A stretch of 63,349 nucleotides of DNA, filler included, from Reticulomyxa filosa (Eukaryota; Protista; Foraminifera): assembly GCA_000512085.1 (NCBI GenBank). It is 21 parts of 21 records of this genome, joined end to end, with 100 filler letters (N's around TTAATTAATTAA, not from the genome) between each part and the next. Parts side by side here need not be neighbours in the genome. Positions count along the whole stretch, not along the records: positions 1 to 2,356 come from ASPP01029402.1; positions 2,457 to 5,104 come from ASPP01001796.1; positions 5,205 to 6,864 come from ASPP01014301.1; positions 6,965 to 10,195 come from ASPP01003298.1; positions 10,296 to 12,190 come from ASPP01028376.1; positions 12,291 to 17,359 come from ASPP01037175.1; 15 more parts are not named here. One strand, 5' to 3'. Shown here one piece after another: positions 1 to 13,808 of this stretch. The notes beneath the pieces are model-generated. The model was not told where the DNA came from and ran no database searches. It worked only from the letters and a program-made list of their open reading frames with translations. The position numbers and the translations under genes are program-made. Position 1 is the first letter of the stretch; every line of letters starts with the position of its first letter.

Positions 1-229
1 ACTTTTTATTCTTCTCATCTCATTCATATCTTCACATTAAATACCTTTTTAAGAATAAATGGATATTGAAGCAAAAAAAAGGCTTATTAAATGAGTTGCC
101 ACAAACAAGTGTACGTTGGTATTCATCCCTGTTTCTTTATCCTCCCTTTTTTTCCTGTCTTGTCTTGTTCTGGCTTTTTTTTCCATTAAAAAAAAGCCTT
201 CTCTAGTAGCAACAGGAACAAGTAAAGAA

Positions 230-1671
230 AAAGTTTGCTATTGAAAAGTGAGTAGCAAATGCTCATAGACCAAAACAAAGCATTTTGATTTTGAGACGAC
301 AGTTTCCACAATTGATCGCAATCTTTGAGTTCTTCTTTCAATGATCGAATGGTGGATCAAATCCTTAAATGATATGAGTTCAATCCTTTTTTTTTGTTCG
401 GTGTCATACTTTATTGAACCATATCAGTTTGAAATTAATATACCGTCGTATTCTTTAAATAAAGGCACAGCATCTGTTCAATATATACACATATATGTAC
501 ATATATGTTGATTGATCATCCTGATAGCAAAATACAACGGAATACGTACCAAAGTTAGGATTACGATCCCACTCAAAAGCTAAACAATAAAAAATAAAAA
601 ATAAAAAATGAGATTGCTTCTTCTTTTCTCACATCTTTGAGACACAACTTTAATTTTTCTTGTTTGAAGCCCGTGATGATGTTGGTATGATTAGGTGAGA
701 TATTTCCATCATGGTTTGAAGCAGGACCGCCTTTGTGATCTCGTCCTTCCTTTGTGCACTCCGTCTCAGTTTATTTGAATATTCCTTGTCCTTTGTTTCT
801 TTTTCCCTGTCCTTGTCCTTGTCCTTATCTTTATCTTTTCGAATGGGACAAATGGGGCACGGTAGTTTGGAGTTGGGAGAAGGACTGCACAATCGTCTTT
901 GGCCGTGTCTTTTGCGGTAATACGAGCGTGATCGACGTTTACTCGTGCTTCTGTCGCTCTTGTTTTTACTTTTGCTTTTCGTGCTTCGGCTGTGCGGTGC
1001 GAACGAGACGAAAAAGAGCGTCTTGTCGCGTTTCGACACATTTTCATTATTCACTGCAATGATATATCCATACACATTATATAATATATATATATATGTG
1101 TACACACAACAAACACATAATATTTTCATTTTTGACAATATTAAATGGGAAGGGGAAGAGGAACGGGCCTTAAAAAAAATTCATTAGGATTCAAAAAACA
1201 AGGTCACTTAAAACGCTCACTTTTTGTCACCAACTTTGATTGTCTAAAAAAAACATTGTTTAAAAAAATGCAAAAATACGTCAATTTTTTTAGTTTTGTT
1301 TTTTTTGCAAAAGACAAAAAGGGGGAGTGGGTGGTCACACAAAATACTATCTGTTTGTTTTTCTGAAGGCAACAATTGGACGTACTTAATTCCATTATCT
1401 GCTTCCATTCCTTTGATTTCATAAAATGAGGGCTCAATTGATTGACCTTGCTCAAGTGATCATTCATGTCTCTTATTCTCCCTTTGAAATCACATATAAC
1501 CAGCTTGGGGGTTAGCTCTTCTTCATGTTTCCCACAACTTTGCGAATCTTGTTGGAAATTTTGTGAACAGACCACTTTCAATCCGTTAACTAGACGTTGT
1601 AATAATTGATTTTTAGAGTCACTTTTGTCCCGCTTTCTTCTTTGCTCTTTTCATTCTTGGCTTGACTCATG
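230..1671 (-). pseudogene. Multi-exon hypothetical protein with Arg/Ser- and Lys/Asp-rich low-complexity segment, probably disrupted
   Basis: ORFs 1204-1581 and 650-1138 (RSRS, KDKDKD) are separated by AT-rich intron-like sequence. Stops and frameshifts occur in the flanking exon-like pieces. No domain recognised. Confidence 0.3.
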
Positions 1672-2356
1672 TTGCTATTTTTCTGCTTTATACTATTTCT
1701 TTTTGTTTATTGATTGCAATTAAAGTTTTCATTTGAATTTTCCCTTTGATTGTGTTCCACCTGTTTTTTTTTACAAGTAAGCTGAACAATTGAATCATAA
1801 GTCCTTAATTTATTGATTGGAAAAATTTTTAACAATATTTATGAAATATATTTGCATACAAAAACTTGTTTTTTGAAACAATTTTTGAAAATAAAAGCAG
1901 ATTAAATTTACAAGTATTGATCAACTGCATGCCACTCTAAAATAATTATTGTAATGCTTTTCTTAAGAAAAAAAATTGTTTAATGATCAATCCAACAAAG
2001 AATTACGTTTGAACTGAACAACATAGAGCAAAAAGAATTTCAAAATTGATAAAAAAAAAAAGGTTTTATGAGATCAATGTGTTATCCGTAAATGGCAATC
2101 CATTGATAACAGTATGTGCAATTGCAAGTTTGAAAATATCTTGTGATAGCTTCTCTTTCGCAATTATAAATACAAAAACATGTTAATTTGACGGTTGCAG
2201 CAATGTTGTTTCATAAATTCGTTTATCTTTTGTGTACATAGTTCTTCACGTTATTTTCCTTTCCTTTTTCCATTTTTCGGACTGTGACAAACTAAAGTCG
2301 TTTCATCAATACTCCCTCGAGTTCTTGATACCACACTAATAAGATTAAAATCAAGA

Positions 2357-2456
2357 NNNNNNNNNNNNNNNNNNNNNNNNNNNNNNNNNNNNNNNNNNNN
2401 TTAATTAATTAANNNNNNNNNNNNNNNNNNNNNNNNNNNNNNNNNNNNNNNNNNNN
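2357..2456. other. Artificial contig spacer (N44-TTAATTAATTAA-N44), first of 20
   Basis: Identical spacers at 2357, 5105, 6865, 10196, 12191, 17360, 26747, 30644, 31778, 33908, 39551, 44403, 45510, 47306, 49915, 51080, 52294, 54687, 60432 and 61794 (100 bp each). The core has stop codons in all six frames. Confidence 0.99.
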
Positions 2457-2890
2457 TTTCAAAAGATACACCAAAAAAACACTTTTGTAGAACTCGGAAA
2501 GCTAAAAAAAAGCAAAGGAAGACAAAAGCAAAAAGAAAGGGTTAGTTCGGGCGGCGCCTGAAGGCGCCGCCTGATTTAATCCTTTTTTTTTCGCTTTTTC
2601 CTTCCTTTGCTTTTTTTTAAAATTTGTTTGCCCTTTTGTTTTGCTTTTGACAAAATTTTTTTTTTTGAACATGTCGTTAACTTATTTTTAGTTTTTGTTT
2701 TAATTAATTTGATGCCTTGTTTTTAAAGATTTGCTTTTTTCATTAAGTTGTGTTTTTTTTATGAACTTTTCCATTTTTAAACTTTATTCATTAGCACATA
2801 TTTAGTCTGTTATTTTATATTTTTTTATTAAATTAATTATACGATTAAAATAATCACTTAATCCATTTACTTTCCCTTTGTTGCTTTCAT
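2457..2890 (-). repeat. Dispersed repeat with ~117-bp palindrome (2503-2619), copy 1
   Basis: Arms TAAAAAAAAGCAAAGGAAGACAAAAGC... / ...CTTCCTTTGCTTTTTTTTA surround GGCGGCGCC-TGAA-GGCGCCGCC. Homologous in inverted orientation to 40350-40859. Confidence 0.85.
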
Positions 2891-4622
2891 TCAAATCATT
2901 ACACCATTTTTGTAAATGCACTTTTTCACTAACATATTTTAGATGCAAGCTATATGGTATCTTTTGAAGAACAAAGAGGTTCAATAGATAAACTTCTGTC
3001 TCTTTTTTAAAAAATTAGAAAATATAATGTGCTATCACATTTTGCTTTATTTTATTTAACATAGCTGTGAAAAGAATATACGCTTATTATGATATCTTCT
3101 TTAAACGAAAAAATACTGTCTTTGATTCAACTTTTACTAAAACTAAACTTACAAATAAAAGTGAAATTAATCTTTATAGCACTTACAATTTTAATCAAAA
3201 TTTAAGTAATAGTCCATCACTGAAGTTTACCAAAAAAAGAAAGTAAAGTAAATTGTGTCAATTTCAATAACTGAAGCGATCTTCATTTTTTTCAAGAAAT
3301 TATATTTTTTTAATACATTTCAAACATTACTAATCAATATGAAAAAGTTGGTATTTCAAGTGCAATTTTCTTCATTAAAATTATATAGATGGTAAATAAA
3401 ATAAATATGATAATACATTACAATAAAGAAATTTGTGTCGTCATTGCATTCCATGCAGATAATGTTATAATCGGTGTGTAAGAAAGTATTTAAAAAAATG
3501 AATGCTCCGTGTTGAATGAAGAGAATTCGTTTTCTGTAAATAATAAAATAATCCTTTTTCTGGTGCTTTGATGATGAATGGAAAAAGAACAAAGTGTTAT
3601 CATATTTATCACTCTGTTTGAAGAAAATTTTTACAAAAACATGTACATTAACATTGTAAACATGTTTCCAACGTTTTATTTCTTCAAGACAATAAAAATT
3701 GAAGCCATTCCACTGTTGAATGAAAGGACATGCCAGAATGGCCCGAAATGTTTATATCTTTGTAATAAAACTATACGATTTCTTTTTACAAATTGAACAC
3801 TCATTATTCACAGTCATCTATACAAGTGAAGAAATACAGTAGATTGCAAAAAAATGAATCAAACGGAATAAATAAGAAAATATTCGACAAACCGTTTGAA
3901 GTTTAAAAAAATAACAGTGGAACAACGCCAAGGAACTTCTTTTTTGGCAAATAAATATGTTCATGAAATATCAAATGCAAAATTTATCAACTCTGTTATG
4001 ATCAAAATGCATTCTTCATTATGTAATTATAGAATTTTCGCTTCTTTAAATGCTTTAGATTAAGTTGAATATTATTAAATAACCCAATCATTATAATAAA
4101 TTCGTCATCTTTTAATAATATTCTCATTGCTGATGTTCCATCTGCTATGATTCACTATTGTTTGGGTAAAATTTTCATAAAGGATCAATATAATTCATTT
4201 CAAATTACATGTATTAATTAAAAAACTGTGCTTACTTTGCTGTCTGCCTTTCAAATTTAGGATACCTTTTCCCTTTCTTCATTTATTGTTCTTTAAAAAG
4301 ATTCAATAATAATAGAAAAGATATATATCATGAATTAATACAAAGACAATTGTGATCAATACTATACAAAAAACACAATACTTGAAATATCTTGCAATTT
4401 ATTTTTCTATTTGGATACAATTTTTATTTATTATGCTTTTGAATTCTTTAAAAAACATTGAAAGCAACTTTTTGAATATTTTTAAACAACAAAGCAAAAA
4501 TAGTACACATCTTTCAATACTCGAATTCAATCAAAGCAAATAAGTTTAATATCAACTTACTTTTCTTTTAATCAAACTTTTCAATAAAAATACTTTCATT
4601 TCTTGTTCAACAAAAAAGTAGA

Positions 4623-5104
4623 TTATCCCCAAATACGAATGGGACCTTTGCGTGAGCCATAACTCAAATTCAAATCATATGTAACATTTTTTGTCTTATC
4701 TATCTTTTTCAATGCAATAAATTTAAGACAATATATTCCATTATCTTCTTTATCTCCTTTGATCATATACAATTCATTCTTATTTGATCGAATATCCCAA
4801 AATTGAATTGTATTATCATATGATCCAGAACATATCACATTCGAATTACAAATACTATTCTTTATTACAAATGGTGAATATTCAACAGCATTCACATAAC
4901 TTGCATGTCCATTGAACACTTGAATTTGTTAACAAGATCGAATATCCCACAAACGAACACGTTTATCATCTGATCCAGATAATATTGTATTCACTAGTTC
5001 ATTTAATCCATATTTTACACTATTACATAATTTGTATGTCCTTTGAATACATTGAATTGTTTTGTTGTTTCAATATCCCATATTCGAATGGTATTATCCA
5101 ATGA
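4623..5104 (-). CDS. WD40-repeat protein, C-terminal part (in-frame stop and frameshift; likely pseudogene)
   Basis: FNGHASYVNAVEYSP...ICSGSYDNTIQFWDIRSNK...GPIRIWG. The upstream repeat contains a TAA (~4929) and a frameshift. Truncated by the contig edge. Confidence 0.85.
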
Positions 5105-6131
5105 NNNNNNNNNNNNNNNNNNNNNNNNNNNNNNNNNNNNNNNNNNNNTTAATTAATTAANNNNNNNNNNNNNNNNNNNNNNNNNNNNNNNNNNNNNNNN
5201 NNNNTTTTTTTTTTTTTTTTTTTGTTTTTTTTTTTTTTTTTTTGGAAACACAAAATTCAGCGATAGAGCATCAGCAAAAAAGCAAGGCTGTCTGGATGTT
5301 GTTCAGAGACTGCTGTAAAATAATTTGGATTTTTTTTTGGGGTTTTTTTTGTATTAAAAAAGAAAATGTGGTATTTGTTGTCTTTTGTTGCATCGTTTTG
5401 TTTTTGATTTTTGTTCCCTTTGTTTTTGTTTTTTTTTGCTTCGTTCTGTTTCTTTTGTTTTTTTTTGAAGGTAAAAAAAAAAAAAAAAAAGAAAAATAAT
5501 AAAAAAACAAAGTGCTTTTAATACACCTTGTTCAACAGTTTTTTCTTGGATCTTGTGGAAAAGGGGAAAAAAAAACAAACTCATTTTTGAGTGGGACCAT
5601 TTTGAAAATAAACATACAATTTTCGGAGTTGAAGATTGCAAAGCATCTCTCTTTTCTTAATTCAAAAAAAATGTGAGTTGAAAATGAAATCGTAAAACTT
5701 GACACGGTCACCAATCAATAGTTTTCCAATAAACATTCGTTTGTAAATTAAACAACTAATCAAAGCACAGCAATAAATTTTTTGGGGGTTTTGTTGTGTT
5801 GTTCGTCGTTTTTGCTGTTTTCCTGACCCTCTGTCCATTTGAATGATACTTTTTGTTAACCATTTCGCCCACTAGAGATTTTTATTCAATTTGTCTGGGA
5901 AACATGATCAAATTGTATGTATCGTAATTTTTTAAGCAAGCGTTCTGATTCGATTCTTTAATTTTCGTTTACCAGCCCTAAAAAAAAGGAAGGGGAGGGG
6001 GGGGGGAAAAAAAAATGTCAAAAATGGAATATCAACAAGCGCTATATTATTGAAATTTGAATGATCGAAAAACTAAATAAGTATTGAATCGAGTATTGAA
6101 AGATAAAGAAAAGTTACATAAAAATATAAAA

Positions 6132-6864
6132 ATGGAGATGTTAGACAAGAAAGGACGTGTAGGCCGAAAGAAGGACGACGAATTTGCCAAGGGCGTCGAA
6201 AGTGAAGATGAGGACGACGAAATGATGCCACTGAAGACACCACAAAAAGTGGCAATGTATACAACACCACCAAAGACAGTGGATCGATTAGGAGCAGAGA
6301 GCCAAGAGACGTCAGCGAATGGAGAATCGAGATCGACCTTAGGAATCGTGATTGGGATTGTATGTGTGACATTCAGTTCTTATTTTGCGGCGAGTGTAAT
6401 TTTCCCATTCGCGCCATTCATGGTTCACTCTTTCTATCCAAACAAAACCAACGAGGAATTGGGCTACTTTGTCGGTTATTAATACCTCAATGCAATTTCT
6501 TTATATGCATACATGTATGTTTTTCAAGCATTTTTCAAAATAATAATAATAATAATAACAATAAAAAAAAAAAAAAAAAAAATAACAAAATTTTTTTTAA
6601 ATGTGTTTTCTAGGTTATCTGGACAGTGCGTTTTTTATTGGAGGCTGTGTGATATCAATCACATGGGGCAAACTTTCGGATTACTTTGGTCGGAAGCCAG
6701 TTTTGCTGGCAGGGTTGTTCGCAAGTTGCATCACCAGCATCGCCTTTGGCTTCAGCGTATCGTTCCAATGGCCGTCATTATACGTTTTTTGGTATGTGTA
6801 TATTCACATTGTACGTATACTTTTTTTTTTTTTTTTTTTTTTTTTACAAAAAAAAAAAAAAAAA
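6132..6864 (+). CDS. MFS transporter (DHA1/ZIFL-like), 5' exons, partial
   Basis: TM1 IFPFAPFMV; after an intron GYLDSAFFIG...WGKLSDYFGRKPVLL matches MFS motif A (GxLSDxxGR[RK]). Confidence 0.85.
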
Positions 6865-7799
6865 NNNNNNNNNNNNNNNNNNNNNNNNNNNNNNNNNNNN
6901 NNNNNNNNTTAATTAATTAANNNNNNNNNNNNNNNNNNNNNNNNNNNNNNNNNNNNNNNNNNNNTTGTTTGATTGAATTTAATTGTTCGTTTTCACTTTG
7001 TACTTTGCTGTTGTCGTTTTTTTCTTCGTTACTGCTTGTGCAAGAAGGTCCTCTTTTGCTCCTAGTTGGCCATCCATGGCGACTTTTTCTTCTAAAATGT
7101 TGAAAACTTTTGCTGAAGGGGCTTGTTTAAAGTTTTTTAGAGTTTTTTGTCAGCTGGATTTTTTGTACAATTTCAGTATATATCAAGTTTTTCAACAATA
7201 AACGGTTAGATAAAAATATTGACAAGTATCACAGTTTTTTTTTGAATTATGAATAAAATACTCGGATTTGTCATTCCTTTGAAAGAAAGAAAGTAGAATG
7301 AAGAAAGTGCTGTTATTATAAATAATTTCCTGTGTCTTTGAGAAAAAAAAAGATATGACATACTGCCATTTTGACGTCCAGTAAGATGGACTTTAGTTTG
7401 AAAGCCTCCTCTTTTTCTTGTCTTTCCAGTACTGTCGTTCATCAATAAATTATTTTGAAATACATTTGATCAAAAAAATGGATACTCACAGTAATGCTAT
7501 TATTTATCAAATCTCCATCACTTACTTGTTTTTGCTCATGCTCTTTTGAATTGTTTGTTTTGTTACGCTGTGAATGTGTCTTGCAAATTCAAATTTCTAA
7601 ATAAAAAGTATCAAATATATTTTATGAAATGTTAAACATTGCATATTATCAAATACTTTTTAATCTTTTGAAAACTTCAATTGGATATTATTTGCAATAG
7701 GTTTTTTTGCAATCAATAATATTTTTTACAGATTTCACTGTTCGTCTTTTTTTTTGTATGATATATGGAAATCTTTGTATCGTGTTTATTTCTTCAGCA

Positions 7800-8050
7800 T
7801 AGTTTCAATTGATGAAATTTGTAAAGTATTTGGAGACAATTGAAGAATATAATAAATGTGTACTGAGAACGGATTGTCAGTTTTGTGACAATTGGATGGA
7901 TACAATTTTATATGGATGTATCTGTCGTGCAGACGTTTCGTCAAGTCGTTGTAAAATATGTCATCCGTCCAGTCTGCTCACCACATTTCCTTAAGTCTTT
8001 GCGCACTTTTGAGGACACTAGATCGAGAGCAGTTGTTGCCTTATTTTCTT
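7800..8050 (+). pseudogene. Degenerate N-terminal fragment of the WD40 family
   Basis: IGWIQ...QVVVKYV resembles FGWVHDLNKFVFNYV at 27610-27655. Frameshifted. Confidence 0.35.
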
Positions 8051-11000
8051 ATCCACATTCATCATGGTCAAGAGAGGACCTTTTTTTTTGAAATACCAAA
8101 GTTTATCGAATTTAATTGTACTGTATATCTTTTGTGTTTTCTCCACAAGAGAAAAAAAAAATTCAAGTTTACCTGACAATACCAAATGCTTTTGCATACA
8201 AACAGGAAACAGAAAACAAGATAAAGCCAAAGTAATGAAGTACAGAAAATATTTTTTTGATTGAGATACTTATCATCGACAAACGCATGTCTGTCTGGAT
8301 TTGAAGATAATACAAATAAAAGAAACAAAAAAAAAATTTTATTTGATAAAGAGCTTTATTTTTCTTCACTGATTTGTTAAGAAAATTTTTAAAAAACATA
8401 TATTTTTTAAATTTTAAGTTTCAAACTCTTCAAACATATCTTCGTGGAAATATCAAATAAAATTTGGATCGCTTGCAAGACGCTTTGTGAAAATGTATTC
8501 TTCGTTAATTTTTCTCAAAAATAAATTTACCTTAAAAGACGTTGATGTTTAAGTAATATCAAAAGTAATATTTGAAAAAATGAAATGACAATAAATTCGA
8601 CTTCATACATGTGATAACAAAATTACTCAAATATTAAAATAATCAACTTCTATTTGAAAGAATCATGTAATGAACAATAATTGTATATATTTTCAAAAGA
8701 GTTTGAAAGAAATACTGATTTTTCTCAATTTTGTTACGCAATATTTTTGTCATAAGTGTATATATTGATATCAAGAAATTTTGAAAATAAATTAAAGATT
8801 TATAATTATTATATAATAAAAATTTAAATAAAAATATATATATAAAATGCTAACATTTTTTTATAAGACTAAATAAAAATTTTTTTAAGTTAAAAAATGA
8901 ATTTTTTAATTGATTTTCCCTCATTTTTTAAACTGATGAATATGGGAATTATACTTGTCCAAAGTATAAGCGTCGCTGCGCTATTGTATGCTGGTAATTT
9001 TGATAAAGATCAAACGCATCCTATTATTTGTATTATGCTGTTAGCGATCTTTTTTGGTTTAATCGTGTTAGTGGCTACACTAACGAGTTAATTATATTTT
9101 TCTTATTTAAATATTTAATTGTTTTTTTTTTAGGAAGGACTATTTTGGTCTGTGAAAATCGTAGTATCAACTCAAATTCATGCTCTTCCAACGTTTCCGG
9201 TTTTTCCAACCCTTCTGACTGTTCCAACTATTCAAACAATACTGATAATCACTTTTAGAATTCACAAGATTTCAAGATATGAACTAGATGAAAAAAAAGT
9301 GAACTGTTTTTTTTTTGCAACTGATCTGATGTTCTTTCTTCAAATCAGCATTTTTTGAAGAAAAAAATAAGCTTTGTATTTAATTTTTATTGAACAAGCT
9401 TTGAATATAAAAGAATTTGCTTTTGCGTAGATTTTTTGAATCTATTTGTTTACACAAAAAAAAAAACAGCAACAAGCAAAACAATAATGCAATTACATTT
9501 CTTTTTTGATTATCTTTTAAAAAATATGAAAAAAAAAGGGAACGCTTTTTGTGATATCTTGTTAAGTTGTTATAACAATAATGTTTTTCTACATCCCACA
9601 AAATTGTGAAATCTATACCCCAAGAAATTTAAAATGGCAATATTTCCACGAAAAAAGATAGGAGGAAAAAAAAAACTGTTAGTCATAAGCGTCGCTACAA
9701 TAACATTAAAAAGATAGCGGTTTGTGTAATGTTTTAAACTCAAAGTTTATGTGGTCTGCGATTGTGTTATATAAGTTTGAAGTTTCTAATAAAAACATTT
9801 TGATATTTTAAAAACCCTATATGTTTAGAACTAAAGTATGTTACTCTTTTTTTTTTGTTTTGTTTGAAAAAAAAGAACTCTTTGGTTGTGTATTTGATTG
9901 GGGGATGGGTAAAAGAAATTGGACCTCAGGCAAATGCTTCCAATTTTACATTACCAATGTTGCCTAAAGTTACACCTGGACCTAATGATAAGGCTACATC
10001 TGAAGCAATGAATGCATTGGAACCACTATCAGCCACCAGACCGCCTCCAGGCACAGATTTGAAAGGAGTTTTGAAACGAAGATTATACAAATAGAACAAT
10101 TGACATTTTTCCCTTTTTGTTTTTTCTTTGCTTCACATTGACATTTAATTAGGGAGATCTAATCGTAAGGAATAATATATTTTGATGTGGTCGAANNNNN
10201 NNNNNNNNNNNNNNNNNNNNNNNNNNNNNNNNNNNNNNNTTAATTAATTAANNNNNNNNNNNNNNNNNNNNNNNNNNNNNNNNNNNNNNNNNNNNCCCCG
10301 CATGGAAAAAAAAAAATAAGGGTTTGTACATTTGTGTACGTTTTGTTATTATAAAAATATAATTTTGTTTGTTTGTCTTTATCAATAGGCATGCCCCCGT
10401 CAATGACAAAATGTATTTGTTTGCACCTCCCCCCCTTTTCATACACAAATTTTTTTTTTGATGCATTGCATCATATTACAAGAAAAATAGGGATTGGATT
10501 GGAAATTGGAACAATGTTCCGTTCGCAAAAGTATTGTTTTTGTTCGTTTTTTTGTTTAAAAAATAAAAAAGTTGTGTTGTTTTACAGACGTTCAAGAATC
10601 AAGACAAATGAGAAAGATTGGAAAAAATGAATATATAATGGGGGATAATAAATTTGGGGAAAATAATGGGAAAAAATATTTAAAAAAGGTGGGAAAATTG
10701 ATAGAAAAAGAAATTTAAAAAAATAAAATGAATAAAGAAAAATAAAAAAGGGAAAAATAATGAAAAAAAAGATAAAAATGGAAAAAAAGAAAAATATAAG
10801 AAAAAAAAGAAAAATATAAGAAAAAAAGAAAAAAAATGTTGCGGTCCTGACAGTTAATTATATTTTTTTCATTTTTCTTTATTTAAAATCTAAAAAATGT
10901 TTGAATAATGTATAGAAACGATTTGAACACATGACTGTTCCCGCAGACGCTCAAAACTTAAATGGACCTTTCGTGCCTTTTTGGAACAAGCTTGTATTCA

Positions 11001-12290
11001 ATTGGACTTGGAAATATTTTGGAACAAACTTCAATTTTGGACAGCATTGGTTGGATCAAATGGTCAAGTTAGTAATTGCTTTTTTTTGTTGATCAAATAA
11101 AAAATCTCTATTGTCATTGAATGGCGTGCACAACAGATTTGTCTCTATCTGTCACAATATAGGAAACAAGACTGGAAGAATTGATTGAATGGTATATATG
11201 TTCTCACGTTGTCAATGTTAAAGGCATACTTTATTTGTTTGCATTATAAAAAAAATTTCTTTTTTTTCTCTTTTCAAACACAGGTACAAAGAATATGAGC
11301 GTGGAAGTTCGCGTCTTTGAAACTTGGAAATTTGGTGGCAAGATCCCGAGTCTTGGCCCAACACTTTGAGAAACTGCAATCATGAAGGAAGACTTCGCCT
11401 TGGTCGATCTAGCCAAAAGAAAAAACTTTAGTTCACATTGGCTATCAATTGGGCAAAGGAAGTGATTTGTAAATGTTTTGTGTATGCATTGAATTTGATT
11501 AACCGGATTATCATTAATTTTTTTGTGGTATTGTATATGAGAAAAAGACAGAAATATTTGTTCTGTTTGTTTCAAATAATAACAATAACAACAATCATAC
11601 TGATGCAAATGTGTCAACTATTTAATGTAAATGAATAACAGATGATATGAGCTCAATCTACCGAAATGACAGAAATGCCAGAAAGAAACTGTCATCCTGG
11701 ATCTATCAAATGTCGTGCAGGTGGACAAATTCTCGGAATCCTTTACAGCAGATGAAGTGGACGACTAGTTAAAATAACATTTTTTTTGAAGTACATGAAC
11801 AAATATTTCACTAAACGTATACAAAAAAAAAGGCTTCAACCAATGACACATGACATGAGCCAATTGAACTGCACCCGAACGAATCTATCGCCTTTGATTG
11901 GATCTACCAGTAAACGTGAGAAATTGTAACTTCGTATTGTGCTGGGTTCTAAGATCGTGGAGTAACCAAAAAGGAGCCAACGATGGAGCAAAAATGCCAA
12001 CATATTGGAATCAATCAATTCTCAAGTATAACGTGAATGACAATACTGCCAATATCAGCGACTCGTAAAAAAACTGTACCACTCAAACCACGAATGCATT
12101 TACTCACTGTACGTCAATGTGAACAAAGACGACAAGGAATTCCTGGCTTTGTATATATTTAGGAAAGTTCAACAGTTGCATTTGCATGGANNNNNNNNNN
12201 NNNNNNNNNNNNNNNNNNNNNNNNNNNNNNNNNNTTAATTAATTAANNNNNNNNNNNNNNNNNNNNNNNNNNNNNNNNNNNNNNNNNNNN

Positions 12291-13010
12291 TTATTTGATC
12301 GAATATCCCAAAAACGAATTTTATTATCAAATGATCCAGAACAAATTATCACCAATCTCACCAATATTATTGTTTCTATTTCTTTATAATGATGAAATAT
12401 TAATACAACGGACCCACATGTTATGTCAGTGAAATCATATAATGATTTTGATGTTTCAACATCACATAAACGAATAATATTGTCATCACTACTAAATGAT
12501 AAAAGTTCAATACAATAAACATATTTAGTATAACAATCTAATATTTGTGATTTATTATTGTTGAAATACCAAAAACAAATTATTTTATCTTCTGATGAAA
12601 AACAAATGACATTTTGATTATGATAATGATAATGATATTGTGAAAATTTCACACAATAAATTGTGTCAATATGTTTATATTCTTTGGTTTGTTTAGCAGT
12701 CTCTATATCCCATATATACGAACTGTATTATCAAATAATCTCTAACAAATGAATTTTTCATCAAATATCGAATCGACATTAGTAATCTTAGAATTATGTC
12801 CGGATAATATTTTAAGTTGTCTTGAAGACAACTTAAAATTGTCGACCATTAATCTTATATTTATCTGTGTTAAAAAAAAAAAATTGAAAAAAAAAGAAAA
12901 AAAAAAGGACATAACATAATCGACAACAATATTGCCAAATTCATGAATCTTATTTGCAATGTTCGAGTCCAATGTTGTAAAATTACTTGAATCTTTTTTT
13001 TCTTCGGTCT
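12291..13010 (-). pseudogene. WD40-repeat pseudogene
   Basis: HEFGNIVVDYV, intron, LSGHNSKIT..., ICSGSFDNKIRFWDIRSN, with stops, deletions and frameshifts. Confidence 0.85.
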
Positions 13011-13550
13011 GTTTGTAAACAAATTAAATCTAATAAATAAACAAACAAAAAAAAAGAAAAAATACCAATTCTATAGCATCCATTATTAATCAAATAAATT
13101 AGTTTTTTTTTATCAAGAACATCAGAAGGAGTTGCCAAAAATACATTCAAAATTTTCTTGTTATTAAATAAAAAATAAAATGAATAATATTTCTTTGACT
13201 CTTTTATTTTATTTATGTTATACAAAAGAAATTGATGAAATCACTTGCTTTTATAAATTTTGTTTTTTAAAAAAAAAAAATAGTAGAAAAAGAAATATGT
13301 TATAATATCAAAAAAGTTAAAATTTTTATTAATCTTTATTTATCAAACACAAAATTAAAATGAAACTGAAAAGGCAAAATGATTGGATATCGAATATTAT
13401 AATTTGATGCAATTTTCATTTGAAAATTCTTCATTGTAAACTCTTTTTTAAAATATGTTTTCCTCTTTCGTTCTAAGATTATTTCCATGTTATCAAACTT
13501 TGTCAAATAAACATTAATAAAATATTTTTATTTTTTTTCGTCTTCGATAT

Positions 13551-13774
13551 TGTAGGTCAAGACCTTATCACACATGGTTGAACTCATATGGAACTGATGA
13601 GCTTCCTTTGGGTTAAACTTCTTCAGTTAACTACTTCTTACTTCCTTGTTTTTCTTACTTTCCTTTTTGTCATTATTCTCTTTAATTTACTTTACTTTTA
13701 CTGAAATTGTTCTTTTGGAACTAAGTTCCTTTCGTATTACATTTAGTGCAGTTCTCCACAGTAGACTCCCCACA
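13551..13774 (+). repeat. 5' LTR (224 bp)
   Basis: TG...CA ends, followed by the PBS; last 113 bp duplicated at 15662-15774. Confidence 0.92.
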
Positions 13775-13776
13775 TT

Positions 13777-13788
13777 TGGCACCCACTG
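13777..13788 (+). promoter_or_regulatory. Primer-binding site (tRNA 3'-CCA complement)
   Basis: TGGCACCCACTG lies 2 nt after the LTR end; the cognate tRNA is not identified. Confidence 0.7.
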
Positions 13789-13808
13789 TTTAGCGAACGA
13801 AAAAAAAA

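Noticed and set aside
5255-5320. Small GC-richer stem-loop as SECIS or ncRNA
   Set aside because: No AUGA/GA quartet or other recognisable RNA-family motif on either strand.
5242-5714. Short Phe- or Lys-rich ORFs here and throughout, and antisense ORFs over real genes
   Set aside because: Products of poly-T/poly-A tracts or shadows of the coding strand.
10875-12190. Exon-like blocks of a possible gene
   Set aside because: Stops and frameshifts with no recognisable domain; no product can be supported.
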